Below are positions 1 through 12,689 of a stretch of DNA of 64,000 nt, one piece after another. The DNA is taken from the NCBI RefSeq assembly GCF_009834535.1, contig NC_045697.1, positions 93,250,001 to 93,314,000 on the forward strand. Reading direction: 5' to 3'. The notes beneath the pieces were generated by a model. The model was not told where the DNA came from. It did not search any database and saw only the letters and a program-made list of their open reading frames with translations. This stretch comes from Camelus ferus (Eukaryota). The position numbers and the translations under genes are program-made. Every line of letters starts with the position of its first letter. Position 1 is the stretch's first letter.

Positions 1-149
1 TAACAGACATAAAAGAATTGTAAGCATTGGGAATAGAGAGGAACAAGACAAGTTGCAATTTAGAAAGAGAACTCCTGCTTGCAGTGTGGTTTATTGTGGA
101 GGGTGGAAATTAGATGTCTAGAGCCCATGGACAAAATTTAAAAGACTTA

Positions 150-650
150 CAATTCAAAATGTTGGAGAAGATGTGGCACAACTGGAACTTTCATAAATGC
201 TGGTGGGAATGCAAAATTAATTCAGCCACTTTGGAAAGCTGTTTGTCAGTGTCTCAAATACATTCACCTATCACATGAGGAGGCATTTGCACTGCTAGGT
301 ATTTACTCAAGAAAATGAAAAGACATATTCCCACAAAGACTTGTTCTAGAATGATCAAAGCAACCTTATTCATAATAACTCCAAACTGGAATATGCTAAA
401 TGTCCATCAAAGTGATGAAAGGATAAATACATTTTTGGAATGTCCATCCAATGTCTATCACTCAGCAATAATAACAAATTGTCAAATGATACATGTAGAA
501 ACATGGATAAATCTCAGAGTCATAACACTAAGTGAAAGGAGTCAGAAGGGATTTCAAATTTATATCATAATTTCAGAAAAGCCAAAAGTACATAAACACA
601 AAGCAGATTAGTGGATGCTAGACTCTGGGATGAAAGAGAACTGTACTACC
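150..650 (+). mobile_element. Old LINE-1 (L1M-type) fragment, ORF2 end/3' UTR
   Basis: AATGTTGGAGAAGATGTGG..ACTGGAACTTTCAT..GCTGGTGGGAATGCAAAA..CAGCCACTTTGGAAA and CTAGGTATTTACTCAAGAAAATGAAAA match the canonical L1 3' region; ORF 315..611 is a by-product. Confidence 0.85.
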
Positions 651-1374
651 AGGCTTGGATAAAGACCACCATGATTTTATGTAGTCTACACAGACACTGA
701 TATTCAGCGCCTGGTATACTACAAGAGTCATCTGTGTTGAGCCATTCCAAATTTTCATTTCATTCTGCAGTAGCATGAATATCATAGATATCAGAAAAAA
801 AATACACCTTAGAATATAATCAGATTAGAATATATTGCTGCAAATATCCTTCCAGTCTTGTAGCTGACTAAATCAGTTAATTTAAGCAGATGCTAGACAG
901 ACCAAACATTTTGATACACATTCCCAACCTAGCAGGCACAGAGCCCTGGCCAGGGCAGTGCGCTGATGAGACCTGCTAGACAATTACATGTGTCTGTACC
1001 TTCTGGTCAGGAAAACCCATGCCCAAGTGATGCACAGGTGCCATCATGCTATTCTGTCCAGATAACTGACCCGTCTGAGTAATAAATATGATCTAAAAAC
1101 AAGGTTGATGGCTTCACTGAGAATTTATGGATTTTTAAAAGCAAATTACATATATTGCTGTCAAAGAAATAATCCATAATAAAGTACATTAAAATAAGTT
1201 TAAAATAATAATAGAAAGTTGAGAATTCATTAAGCAGATTAATGTAAATGAAACTGTCAATGTTATTTTCTGAAAGTACAATTCAAGGATTAATTGATAC
1301 AATGCATATAAAGTGCACAGAACAATCCATAGCACTTTGTAAATGCATATAAGGGGACAGAAGAAATACTACAG

Positions 1375-1790
1375 TTTGTTAACAGGTACTATTGCCAAAG
1401 GTATGCTGGAACAGGTATTCCTACATACTACTGGCAAGACTCTAAACTGGTATAATTAAAGGATGGTAACTTGGAAGCTACTATACAAAGTATGTATATC
1501 AAGTTAGAATCAACAATTATACTAATAGAAATTCACCCCACATGAATATTCAAAAATCAACAAGATGCATTTACTGATATAATTGCTGTAACACTGTGTA
1601 TAAAAGACAATTAGAAAAAATTTTATGTCCACTTATACTGAGACTATTAAATAATTATATGTATAATGTGGATTACAAGGAAGACACTTAAATAATTGAT
1701 GGCTATCTAAAACAGAAAATTACAGAGAAGTGTGCATTAAGACCTTGAAGTAAATAAAGCAGGTTGTATAAATAAATTCTTTTGGTGTGA
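1375..1790 (+). mobile_element. Highly diverged L1ME-like fragment
   Basis: Degenerate version of the same L1 block (TATTGCCAAAGGTATGCTGGAACAGGTATTCCTACATACTACTGGC..TAAACTGGTATAA). Confidence 0.5.
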
Positions 1791-2069
1791 ATGTTTGCAT
1801 ATTGTTTTCTTTGAGTGTGCACAATGAGCTGCTAACATATGTTTCTTTATGGGAAGTGGCTTTAGATAATTATGAAGACAGGGGCCAGGAAGACCAGGAT
1901 TTTTTCTTTTATTTATACATTTTACTAGGGAATTTTGCTAATTTCATGTAGTATATTATTGTTTTATTTCTAGTGTGAATAAATAAGATACCTAATTAGC
2001 AAATATTAAAGGCAAAAATATTTTATTTAAAAAAACAACAAAATATGAAATATTTGATGATTTTGAAAA

Positions 2070-2280
2070 GAGACATTAGGAGTTTTGAGGTAAACTACAA
2101 ATTAAGTTGGAACCACAACCTCTCACCCATTATTTAATTTCTCCATATGTAAAAAACATAGCAATTTTAGCATTACTATACCATTATTGTGATTAATAAT
2201 TGAAATAACAACTGTAAAAATTTTAGTCCTACATCTGATTTATATGGATATATCCAGTAAATGTTAATTATTATCATAAT
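2070..2280 (+). mobile_element. MIR fragment
   Basis: Degenerate MIR core TTTCTCCATATGTAAAA followed by TTGTGATTAATAATTGAAATAA..AGTAAATGTTAATTATTAT. Confidence 0.5.
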
Positions 2281-3235
2281 CTTAAAAAAACAAACTAAAA
2301 GACAAAGTCAAAAGATAAGATCTGACTAAACTCTAAAACTATTTTCTTGGATGAGTAAACGATTTAATTCCTAATTAGCTTATTCTAGTAGAGTTTTAGA
2401 ACATATTAGCGCATTCTAGCCTTTCTCATTGAACGGAATTAACACTTAAACAGTAAAGTTTTAGTTATTTTTGATATCTGCTCATTACTTAATAAATATA
2501 TTCGTAGCTTCGGCATATTTTTAAAATATTAATGTTGTTCCAGCATATTTTCTGACTTGTTACAGCATATTAATAAGTAGTTTTAGATTATCATGCATAT
2601 ATTTTATAATTTGATTTGTTACTAAAGTTTTACTTCCAATACTTAAATATTATATTTTTGAAAGATCTCTGGAAATCCATTACTATTTATTTATAGAAAA
2701 AGACAATTTTGTCTTCATCTCTTTGGCTATATAATTAGGACATGAGCTAAAACTTCTACAAAATTGTTAAATAACAGACTAACAAGCATCATTTGTTTTG
2801 TAATTTGAAAAATACAATATTTGAAAAAATAATTTTAGAAATTATTTAGAAACATAATTTGAAAAAATATTAGTTACTAATTTTTAATGAATATTAATCT
2901 GTCTATACTTATAATACATCCATGGACACATCCACTATTTTTCTATTTACTGGTCTCATTTCAATCTTCTTAATCACAGGTTTCACTTCTTTACCAAGAT
3001 AATTATTGGAATTTTATAAATTTGTGAGTAATGACACTGCTTTCCTTTTAGGGGGATATTTCTTTGGACTAATATTGTCTTAATATTTCCACTTTCTGTA
3101 ATGCACTGATTTTCACATTTTGAGGTATAGTGAAGTCATTCTGGCTTATAAATGATTTGGTTTGACATTTGTGTTAACTAGAATAGTCTGTCTTATGGTC
3201 TGTCAACCAACATTGTACACTTTTGCTTTAACCAT

Positions 3236-3795
3236 TTAAGAAAGAAAATAATGCATTTAAAAATCAAGATGTAGTAAGTGGCTCAAACCTACAAAATAGC
3301 TGATTGGCCATTGTAGATGTGATTTCAGACACAGTCCTCCATCTCTGAGAACCTGAATTTTCTGAACTGTATCAAACTCACAGACACTACCAGCCTTAGA
3401 AATTGACACATTGTAACTTACTATACTTCAATTACAAAAACAAACAAATAACAAACAACAACCAAAAGGACACAATATCTGATAGCGGCTGCCAGCGTCA
3501 ACCTTATGGCCTCAAGATCTCACCTTGCAACTATGCAAACATTTCAGACTCCAAGCAACCCTTGCTTATCAAGTGACCTTACTTCTTTCCAGCACCAATT
3601 ACATACAACTCTTGACAGCTTATGCAATTTTGTGGTTTTTGGCTTTATAAGTCTCCCCCCATTTTGTAATCCAGTGAAATACAATTCAAGCGCTTCTTGA
3701 TTTTGTGTCTCCTGTGCTACAGTCCACAGTTTGGCTCAAATAAAACTATCCTATACTCCTATTATAAATTGGTTTATTGATTATTTCCATCAACA
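3236..3795 (+). mobile_element. ERV1-type solo LTR, interrupted by an L1 stub
   Basis: TATA-like TTTATAAG near 3645, AATAAA near 3740, terminus TTATTTCCATCAACA; 5' boundary approximate. Confidence 0.55.
3398..3467 (+). mobile_element. Extremely 5'-truncated L1 3' end with degenerate A-tail
   Basis: 3398-3432 matches 63596-63630 (L1 terminus in this window) at 33/35 nt, then an A-rich (CAAA)-like tail. Confidence 0.8.
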
Positions 3796-4779
3796 GCAGC
3801 ATGGCCTTTTTTCTAGCAAAAAATGTAAACAATATCTGAAAATATAGCTATCTGAAAGAAAGCTAACTCATGTTACTCAATGCATAATTCTCAACATATA
3901 CTATCTCTGTTTATCTATAGATAGTATGGTTTGTCCCACAATGAGAATGATCCACTTAATTTACTGATATATAATTTTATAGCTCATATAGTTCCTCAGG
4001 GTTTTTTTTTCTTTTTTCATAGTTATTTTGATGCTGTGTCAGTTGCCTCAGTTATCTCCAGTGTGTGCATATCTGTGTTGCCTTTTATTATATTATGAAA
4101 TTATACATTTTCCCTTCTATCTTACTGATCCACATGGCAATATTTCAAATAATTAAAACATAGTGGTAGTTTAACAATTTACACAATCAGAAATTTTTCT
4201 CTTTTGGAAAATCAGGCAATAATAATGATTTTTCATACTTATACTGTGAAAATTTATAGACATAACCCATATAAATTATCCATGGTAGTGCCCTACAAAT
4301 ATAGGCTCTAAGAAAACACTATTTTAAAATAAAATCTTAGAACTTATAATTTCATTTTTCTGTATTTTCCTCCATCAGACATTACCCTAAAAATCATTCC
4401 CATATTCTATTAATTAATCTTAATTTCTAAAGTAAGTAGAACATAAAAAGTTCAACTATGTCAGACATCACTTCCTTCATTATCAGTATGCAAATATAAT
4501 GGGATGGCATATGTGCCATGACCAGCTTCTATTCAGTGATGTGAGGAGCATTATGAGGTTCCATTATATGAATAGGGTTTAACACGTTCTTTCTCTATCC
4601 TCCTCAAAACCACCAACAGAGCACAAGAATTCCTACTATTCATGTATTTTGTTTTGTGAATAAAGTATTATTTCCCAAAATGCCAAATATCAAAAAATCA
4701 TGACCAATACCTAAAGTTGCAATTTAATTTCTCCTATTTACTGAGAATATTGAGATAATCTTAAAAGAACTACATTTCC

Positions 4780-6470
4780 CGATATTTCCAAATCCACCTG
4801 AATCTACATACACATAATCTACTTTTCTCCTGTTACTATGCATGAACTGTTAATCCATGTCATCTTATTTCAAAGTCTCATACTTCATCAGTTATTCTCT
4901 TCCTACAAAATCAATTTTCTTTTTGTCCTAAGTCATCACCATCAATATAAAAACTTGCCATAATGTCTCCCACTGTAAAAGCAACAAAAAAAATTAATTA
5001 AAAAAAATTCTCTCATTATCCATCCTTTTCCAGCTCACCTACATTTCTCTACTACACTTTATTAACTCCACTATCTCTCATTCAATTTTTGATCATATCT
5101 GAGGTAAGTATTTATCTTCAGTTAAATATATCTCTACTTTAGCAAATACTATACTGAATTCTCAGGACCTATCTAAATAAACCTATCAAGCTTCATTTTA
5201 AACTGATGATCTTTGCTTATTTCTTAACACTTTCTTCAACTGTCTTCTGAAACCTCAATCTGCTGTTATTTCATCATTAGTTCCTTCACCTTTAATCATT
5301 AGGGTATGCTAGGTTCAATTTTTAGGTATTTTATCTACTCTATATGCATTGATTTAATAGGTGGTCTCAATCAGTTGCATGCCTTTAAAAATGATTCCTC
5401 TACAATGGATAATCACAAATTTTTTTCATACACCCTGGACTTACACACTGAGCAACAGATACTAATAATCAACCATCAATTGCTACTCCCCTCCACATGG
5501 GTATCAAAATGCATCTCCAACACTACAAATCCAAAACCAAACTTGTAATCTCCACATAAGCCCCACACTTTAAATTATCTTAACACAATGCACAATTGTT
5601 GCTATTATCAATAAATGGAAAACTCATCCTTCTTATTGCTCTATTATTAAAATCATGGAGTTAATTTTGTCTTTTTTTTTTTAATTCTCTTACACTGCAT
5701 AGCAATCCATTAGGTTCTTTGCTTAGCTTAGCTTTAAAATATATCAGGATAACTGTCCAGTTCTCACCTGTGACAATATGTCGATTTTTACCACTAGACG
5801 AAAGCAGCATTATTCTTGACTGGGTAATTTTAATAGTCTCCATATCCACGTCCATATTTATAGCCTATACTAAATACAGCTCTCAAAGTGATATTTTTAA
5901 CACATAAGCCAAATTGTTCCTCTGGTCCAAATCTTCCTCTTTTTTTTTTTTTTTTACATTTCACTTAAACTAAAATAGGATCCTTTAATAAGAGTTACAA
6001 GTTCCTAAATTATCAAGTCCTCTGTCCTGTTTGTGCCTTTTAAAACCATCCCTTCATCATCCCATTCTAGCCATACCTATTTTGTGTATTTTTTTCATAC
6101 ATAAAGAACATTTCTCCCCCACAGCATAAGCATTTACCTTTTCCTCTGATTGATCACTCTTTTCATACATGGTTTTGAGCTTATTTATATTCTTCAGATC
6201 TCCACTAAAATGACATTTAATCCTAAAAGCCCTCTATTCCTTCCTTACATAAAACAGAAACCCTCTTCTCTCTACCTCCAGTGTAGCCCCCAGCTACTTT
6301 TCTGGTTTTATTTTCCCCACAGCATAGTTTAGCACCTGACAAAGGAGGTGTCTGTTGTCTGCTCCACAAAGATTAGATCTTGTTTGTCTTATACCCTGCT
6401 TTATCTTCAGGACCTGGAAGAATATCTGGCACACGGTTTGGATTCAATACATGTGAATTAATATTTAAAT
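4780..6470 (+). mobile_element. LINE-2 (L2) 3' region
   Basis: Typical pyrimidine-rich L2 blocks (CTCCACATGGGTATC..GCATCTCCAAC; CCATTCTAGCCATAC) ending in ATCTGGCACACGGTTTGGATTCAATACATGTGAAT. Confidence 0.8.
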
Positions 6471-7754
6471 GAGTAAGTACTTAGTTGTGAATAAATAACT
6501 TCAAAATTTGTCTTTTAAATGCTTAAAATAAAGAATTATAAACTTCAAAAATATGATACTGTGAGAAATAATGAGAAGGTGATAAAGAGGCAATCCAATG
6601 TCAGGAATGATTCCAGGTCCTCGCAGGGGTTCACTGGGCACCACAGAACAGCCAGATGTTATGAGATAAGAATATCAGCCCTAAAAGGATGGTAGGTAGA
6701 GAAATGCCTAACATACCCCTTGATTCAAAATTTTGCATCGGGTATATTAAAAGAAATTAATATAAAATGTTACCACAGCAGAATCTCTCCCCCAAAAATC
6801 CTTCCTCAGAATTTTAGCTTAGACCAAAGCCAAGGCAGTTCTTGACATGAAACTGGCCTTTTATATACTTGATGATGTTTTCTTCAAATCCAGGATAAGT
6901 ACATTAATAAAAATATTTTTTATCCTGTTCTGTTATTTGATCAGTAAAGATTATTTTTACTGTGATTTCACTTTATCATTATTTTCCTAAGAATCTCTAT
7001 CTATACCTACGTTAAATCACAGAGAACCTATTATTTTAAGACAGATGTCCTATTATCTTCTAATTCTACTCCCAGTGCAGTGCTTTAGGTATCTATCCAA
7101 TTATAAAAGTCTTAAAAAATTTACATAGTTTATAATGCTTCAATCTGTGTATTTTGTTTTAATTTTTACAAGAAATATCTTGAGAGACGTGATGCATAAT
7201 ATATTATGCAAAACCTGAAAAAAAAAAAACTTCAGTGATTTCTAGCATCAAAGGTCATTTATTCTACTGAGAACTTAGTGACCTTTAAGTTAATTTCCAA
7301 TTTTATGGATTTTTATAAATTACTTAGTAGTGTATTTTATGTGTTTGGAAAGCAGACCATATAACTTTAAATTTTTCTCAAATCATTTTGTGAGTTATCA
7401 GATAAATAGCCACTTAAGCAATCCATATATTTGTAATAGATGTTCATGTAGAAATAATGGAATGAGGAAAGTCCTTCTTATAATGTTGAATAAAACACTG
7501 TTTTCCACAGTTAACCTATAGAGCAAACAAGCCTTTCAAAAACATAACTGAAGACTTCAGCAAGAACATAAAGTCTGTATTAAGTAAACGTTACAAGGAT
7601 AAATAGAAGTGAAATATATGGGTTATTCACACTAAAAATGCAATGTCTATATATGAATTATAGGAGCAATCACAACTACTACAAACCTTGTACAATCTCA
7701 CATGCACAGAAGGGTTTTGGACTTGTAATACCCTCGAAGGGATAATAACCATCA

Positions 7755-7812
7755 AAAGACATTTATTGAGTGCCTACTGTTTACTAGGCAGTATGCTATG
7801 GGCTACTATGGT
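7755..7812 (-). mobile_element. L2/MIR 3' end fragment
   Basis: ACATTTATTGAGTGCCTACTGT..CTAGGCA is the reverse complement of the L2 terminus. Confidence 0.6.
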
Positions 7813-7957
7813 ACGCCTTAATGGTAGTTAGGATCACTTTAGTGCTTGAAAATGTACTTTGGTGGATATCATCAGCCCTTACTGGAAAATCATTCCTTTT
7901 TTCTCTCTTGAGGAATTTAAGTTAACTGCTTGATTTAATGTATGTAGACTCATCACC

Positions 7958-7995
7958 CACACACACACACACACAGACACATACACACACACACA
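7958..7995. repeat. (CA)n microsatellite, imperfect
   Basis: Seen directly. Confidence 0.95.
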
Positions 7996-8079
7996 AATGT
8001 ATACATATTTGGCAATATCAAAACACCATACCTATTAAGAGAAAAAAAACACGCTTTTTTTTTTCTCCTTAAAATGTCA

Positions 8080-8705
8080 TTGTTAGCAATGACTGAGGGA
8101 TTTGGAGTCTGAGTGCCTTAATTTTCAATCCCAGTTCAGTTCTTATAAAGCTGTAGGGTCTTTACAAGTTATTTCACCTCTCTGGATTTACATTTTCTCC
8201 TCTGTAAAATGACAACGGAAGGCAAAAGCAGAAGACGGAGGGCAGGACTAGGTGAGGAGGTGGCCAATTCTCCTGTTTTTTTCTTCTGTTTTTGTTTTGT
8301 TTTGTTTGTTTCTAATGGTATCTCTGTCAGAGATCAAGGTTTCTCCCTGGCCCCACCTCTCACTCGGCAGCTTTTCTATCATGAAATGGCTTCTCACCCT
8401 GGCCCTGGACCACTATTTTCCTCCACTGTCTCTCCATCTCCTAGAGAAGGGTTGGCTCCCTGCTGGTGCTAATCACTGGGCTTTATCACATCTCCGGTTT
8501 TTTGTTTCTCAGCTCTTTTAACCACTTGCATAACTTTATCTCTGTATTGAAATGAAACTGTTTTTAAGACCTACACTAATTTCTCTTTTACTGGATATAC
8601 TCTGAATGATATAGTGACTGTCTCACAAGATAAGTAGAGCTAAGTGGATTTGAAAGCTTAGCAGTTTGCAGGGCACATATTAAACTTAGCAATAAATATT
8701 CGCTC
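8080..8705 (+). mobile_element. MIR in two pieces (about 8080-8215 and 8600-8705), interrupted
   Basis: TTTGGAGTCTGA..TTCAATCCCAG..CAAGTTATTTCACCTCTCTG..TTTTCTCCTCTGTAAAATG; later GGCACATATTAAACTTAGCAATAAATATT. Confidence 0.65.
8239..8414. mobile_element. Possible hAT-Tip100/MER91-like MITE
   Basis: Imperfect terminal inverted repeats AGGGCAGGACTAGGTGAGG ... TCTCACCCTGGCCCTGGACCACT. Confidence 0.4.
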
Positions 8706-8813
8706 TAAGTAAAAAATGAAAAAAAAAATAGAATTACAACTCTTTCACTTTGTCATTGACTTCAGAGCAAAATGAATCAGCAGTTTGCAAACTGAGGGTG
8801 AATTTATGCAAGG

Positions 8814-9540
8814 TTATTCAACAAATATTTATTAACCACTTACTCTAAGCCAGAAATGAAACAGTGAGCAAAGAGAAAAATAAAAGTTCTTAACTAAAGA
8901 ACTTCCATTCTTTCTTTTGGGGGAAGAAGGTATTTTAAGAAAAATGCAGTATTTACGATGCTGTTAAGTTCTAGAGAGAAACAGGCCAGCAGGTGGTCAG
9001 GGAGGTTTCCTCTGAAGCGGTGTCAGCTAAGCAGGCCCAAAGGCAAGGGAGGGTGTAGTGCCAGTGTCTACAGGCCTTGCTTTTCTGCAGACACAAGGGC
9101 CAAGCGAAGTTTCTAACCTGGGAGAAGCTTGGTGTTTTCAAGGAGTGTCAGAAGGATCCTGAGGAGAGAGTAACCAGAGCAATGAGGGCTGTGGTAAGAG
9201 AAAGAGTGAGGGGCCGGCTGGCAGAGGATGTGACGATGTGGAGGTTCACCCGCAGTGGCGGGGTTTTAGGTTTTCCTCTGAGAAAGGGAGCTCTCAGGAA
9301 GCAATCAGCAATAGTGTGATGCCACTTGATCTATGTTTTAAGAAGATCACTCTGTCTACTGGATGGAAGATGGCCTCTGGGAAACAAGGTGAGAAATGGG
9401 CTGATCATTGATGAAGCTTTTACAAGTGATCCAAGGGCCGTGATGGCTGCCTGGAGGTAGCTGGTAGTGACAGTCACCTGATAGATCTCAAAGGTAGGTG
9501 TTCATGGACTGGATGTTGTGTGTGAGAGAAGTCACCAAGT
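8814..9540 (-). mobile_element. L2 fragment
   Basis: TTCAACAAATATTTATTAA start, then purine-rich L2 antisense blocks (TGTTTTAAGAAGATCACTCTGTCTACTG; GGACTGGATGTTG). Confidence 0.8.
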
Positions 9541-11603
9541 GCTGTACTCCTTGAATCAAAATTGAGGAGTCAAAGTAACATGTCCACATCACTGGCTGAT
9601 TATGTTCAAAAGCAAAAGAAAAACTAGTTTTTGCAGGGCTGGAAGCTGTCAATCAGCTAATAAGCTATTTCTTAATGGAATGAATGAGAAAGGAGGTGAC
9701 ACAAGAGTGTCCTTTCACTTAGAAAGCCAGTGGAAATGAGGTCTTTCCAGCACTGAAGCCAACAGTGACATGAACAAGTTTAAAAAGCCATTTGATAGTG
9801 GTGCTGAGATATGAACTGTACTATCTGGTTGCACAGCTCAAAATGCAATCATCGTACTAAACCCCCAACCTTTCTCAAGACCTCTGTGAGCTACCAGTTT
9901 GAATTTAGAAAACCTGGGGTTTTAGAAACAAATTGTTATGTCTGTGGGTATCACTTATTCCTACCATCACTAATTTTTGCACTATGCTTTATCATTCAAT
10001 ATTACTATGCACAATTTTTCATTAATTCGTTTATATTTATTACAATTTATTTTATTCAATACTCAATAATGGTGGTATATGTTTCACTTTTTTTCTGAGA
10101 TTTAATATAGAAGTTGAAAATTTTGTTGCCATCCTTTTCTTTTACTTGAATTTATATTGTTTTGGTCTTTAATTTTGATTTTTCTAAAACTTAAGATTTC
10201 TCTCCTCTCCCCACTATCAGTCACTAAAAAAATGTATCCAAGTATGCCAAAGTATATCAACAGTTAATGAATGTATTTTAAGCGTAGTCATAAATCTTAG
10301 GATACATTTTTGAAATAGTCAATTTATCATGATTAGTAATATACATTTTAGTTATATGAACAGAAGCAGATAAATATGGGTTTTGCCAGCCCAGTATAAA
10401 ATTTACCCTAAATTCTTACTTATACAACCTCAGTTTGGTCAATGAGCCTATGCCCAGAATTGTTTGCTCTCAAGCGCTCATGACAATTCTTTCTTGATTT
10501 TCCAGCCTTCACCGAGAAAGGCTTGGCAATGTGAACCATTTCCTATAATTGAAGTATAGATGGATGCTTTTGCAGAGGTTTCTGTGAAAAAGTATAAATG
10601 TGCTAGCCAAATCCTGCTTGTATTTATTTTGCCTGGACTGTGGATGGGATAAATGAAGTAATAGCTGATGTCTTGCAATATGAAGTGAAAAGCTTGGGAG
10701 AAAAGTAAGAAGAAAAGAGAAACTTTGTCCCTGATAAGACTGTGTATCTGAACCATTTGAAAATTCACTATTTGCCAAGTGTTGCTAAATAAAAAAAATA
10801 GATTTTAATATTAGCCCATATTATTCAGGCAAATGTTACTTGCAGAGAAAATCTGTCTAAATAATTCAGAGTATTTTCCATCCTAGGTAGAAATATTCAC
10901 ATTATTGAACCATTATTACATTTTTTACTAAGCCAGAAACCCAAATTGAATCAAAAGAAGTAAATATTTCCCTAAACTTCTAGAAATATAATAAAATAAG
11001 TAAATAAACTAAGATAAGATTTTCTATATTTGTTCAAGTAAATCAGTTAAATAACTATTTGGAATACTCTGGATTGATAGAGTCAGATTTCAGAAAGATT
11101 TGTAGTTGGAAATACCATTTTTGTGAAAATTTAAATGGCCATTTTTATTTTAATGTCTAATATTTACATCTATGAATTCACACACTGTGGCATACATAGT
11201 CCAGACTTAATTTCTTTAATTAATTCAAATAAGGTTCAATAAGAAAGTTAGACAGAGACTGCAGGATCACGTAACATAGGTCATAAAAAGATTCTCATAA
11301 GAACTAAAAGAAATTGCTTTAGTATGTGTATCTCTATGTTTCAATTTTTGAAAAATGAGCATGGTAAATTTTATATATACCTAATGCACACAATGGACAA
11401 TCTAAAAACTATTTTATAAATCACTCATGACCAGAAGAGTTCTATTTGATTTTTTCATAGGGCCATATTCATGTTGCATTTAAACTTTTTTTCAGAGATT
11501 TTTCCTAATCTCTTTCATAGCATACATGCTGCTGAGTCCACTCTTCAGCATGAGGCAGTAATTAGGATGCTCATTACTGAAATTTAAGGAATAATTTCTG
11601 AAG

Positions 11604-12083
11604 AGACAAAGATTCTTTTCTTGACCAAATTTTAGGCTCCTCTGACCCCCTTTTTGACTCGGTCTCATCTCTGGGCAGTATCTCTGCCTGCCTAGTCCAA
11701 TTGTAGCAAGAATCCTGCTAAATCAGTTTAGGGAATTAAACCCATTCTTGATATCTGATCTCTTATGATAGCTGATCAAATTACTCATCTCCTACCTTTG
11801 ATATCTGGTCACACTGGCCTGCCTTCAGCAAGAATCCTGTTCAGTCAGTTTAACAAATTACCCTATCCTTTTATGTCTCCTCTTAGTAATCTTCCATCCG
11901 CTGATGACATCCCCCAACCCCGACCTCTGTTCCTTTTCTATACATCCCCAGCTATCTTTGCTGAGTTCAGGGTTGAACCTAATCTCTCTCCCCTATTACG
12001 ATAATATTGTCACCTATCACAATAGTCCTAAATAAAGTCTTTCTTATGGTTTTAAGAAGTATCAGAATAATTTTTCTTTAACA
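11604..12083 (+). mobile_element. MER31-like ERV1 solo LTR
   Basis: Starts GACAAAGATTCTTTTCTTGACCAAA, internal repeat AGCAAGAATCCTG twice, AATAAA near 12031, ends TTTTTCTTTAACA; near-TSD GAAG/GAAC. Confidence 0.85.
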
Positions 12084-12545
12084 GAACTACCAAAGTTTCT
12101 AGTTTACTATTGAAGTAGAACTACTCAATAAGACCTGCAGATTTTTTTCTCGATTACAATTCACTCTCATATTGTAAAAACATAACTACTTTGTATGCAT
12201 CTTTTTCATACAACAACTTTCCATTTATTTGCCTAGGAATTTGTTTGAGTTGGAAATTTTACTTTTTAAATGTGTATAAAATTAAATAAGATTGGAATGC
12301 TGGAAATAGACCCCATGAAATATAAAACTGTCAAAATTAGTTAACTTTATTCTGTCTCAATGCACCACATTGTTAATGAAGCGACTTCTAAACATCATCA
12401 ACCTTGATTAAAAAGTCATGAGCTAAAGTAATCACGAGTTATTGGAAAAGAACAACTAAAGTATTGGTCAGGTACATGTATGTCTATGCTAACTGTAAAT
12501 GAAATAAAAGAAAAGAATACATATTATTTTAAAAATTCCATTCTT

Positions 12546-12689
12546 GGGGGAGGGTATAGCTCAAGTGGTAGAGCGTATGCTTAGCATGCACAAGGGTCCT
12601 GGGTTCAATTCCCAGCACCTCCTCTAAGAATAAATAAATAAATCTAATTACCTACCCACCCAACCCCAAAAAACCTAAATAAGTTACTC
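12546..12689 (+). mobile_element. tRNA-Ala-derived camelid SINE (Vic-1 type)
   Basis: GGGGGAGGGTATAGCTCAAGTGG (A box), GGGTTCAATTCC (B box), A-rich tail; perfect 17-bp TSD TTAAAAATTCCATTCTT at 12529-12545 and 12690-12706. Confidence 0.92.

Noticed and set aside
2510..2600. Recurring GCATATT
   Set aside because: Short, irregularly spaced and expected in AT-rich sequence
10496..10600. Plus-strand acceptor TTCTTGATTTTCCAG as a coding exon
   Set aside because: All three frames hit stops and there is no good donor
12546..12620. tRNA-Ala gene
   Set aside because: Acceptor stem imperfect, followed by an A-rich tail and flanked by a TSD, so it is a SINE
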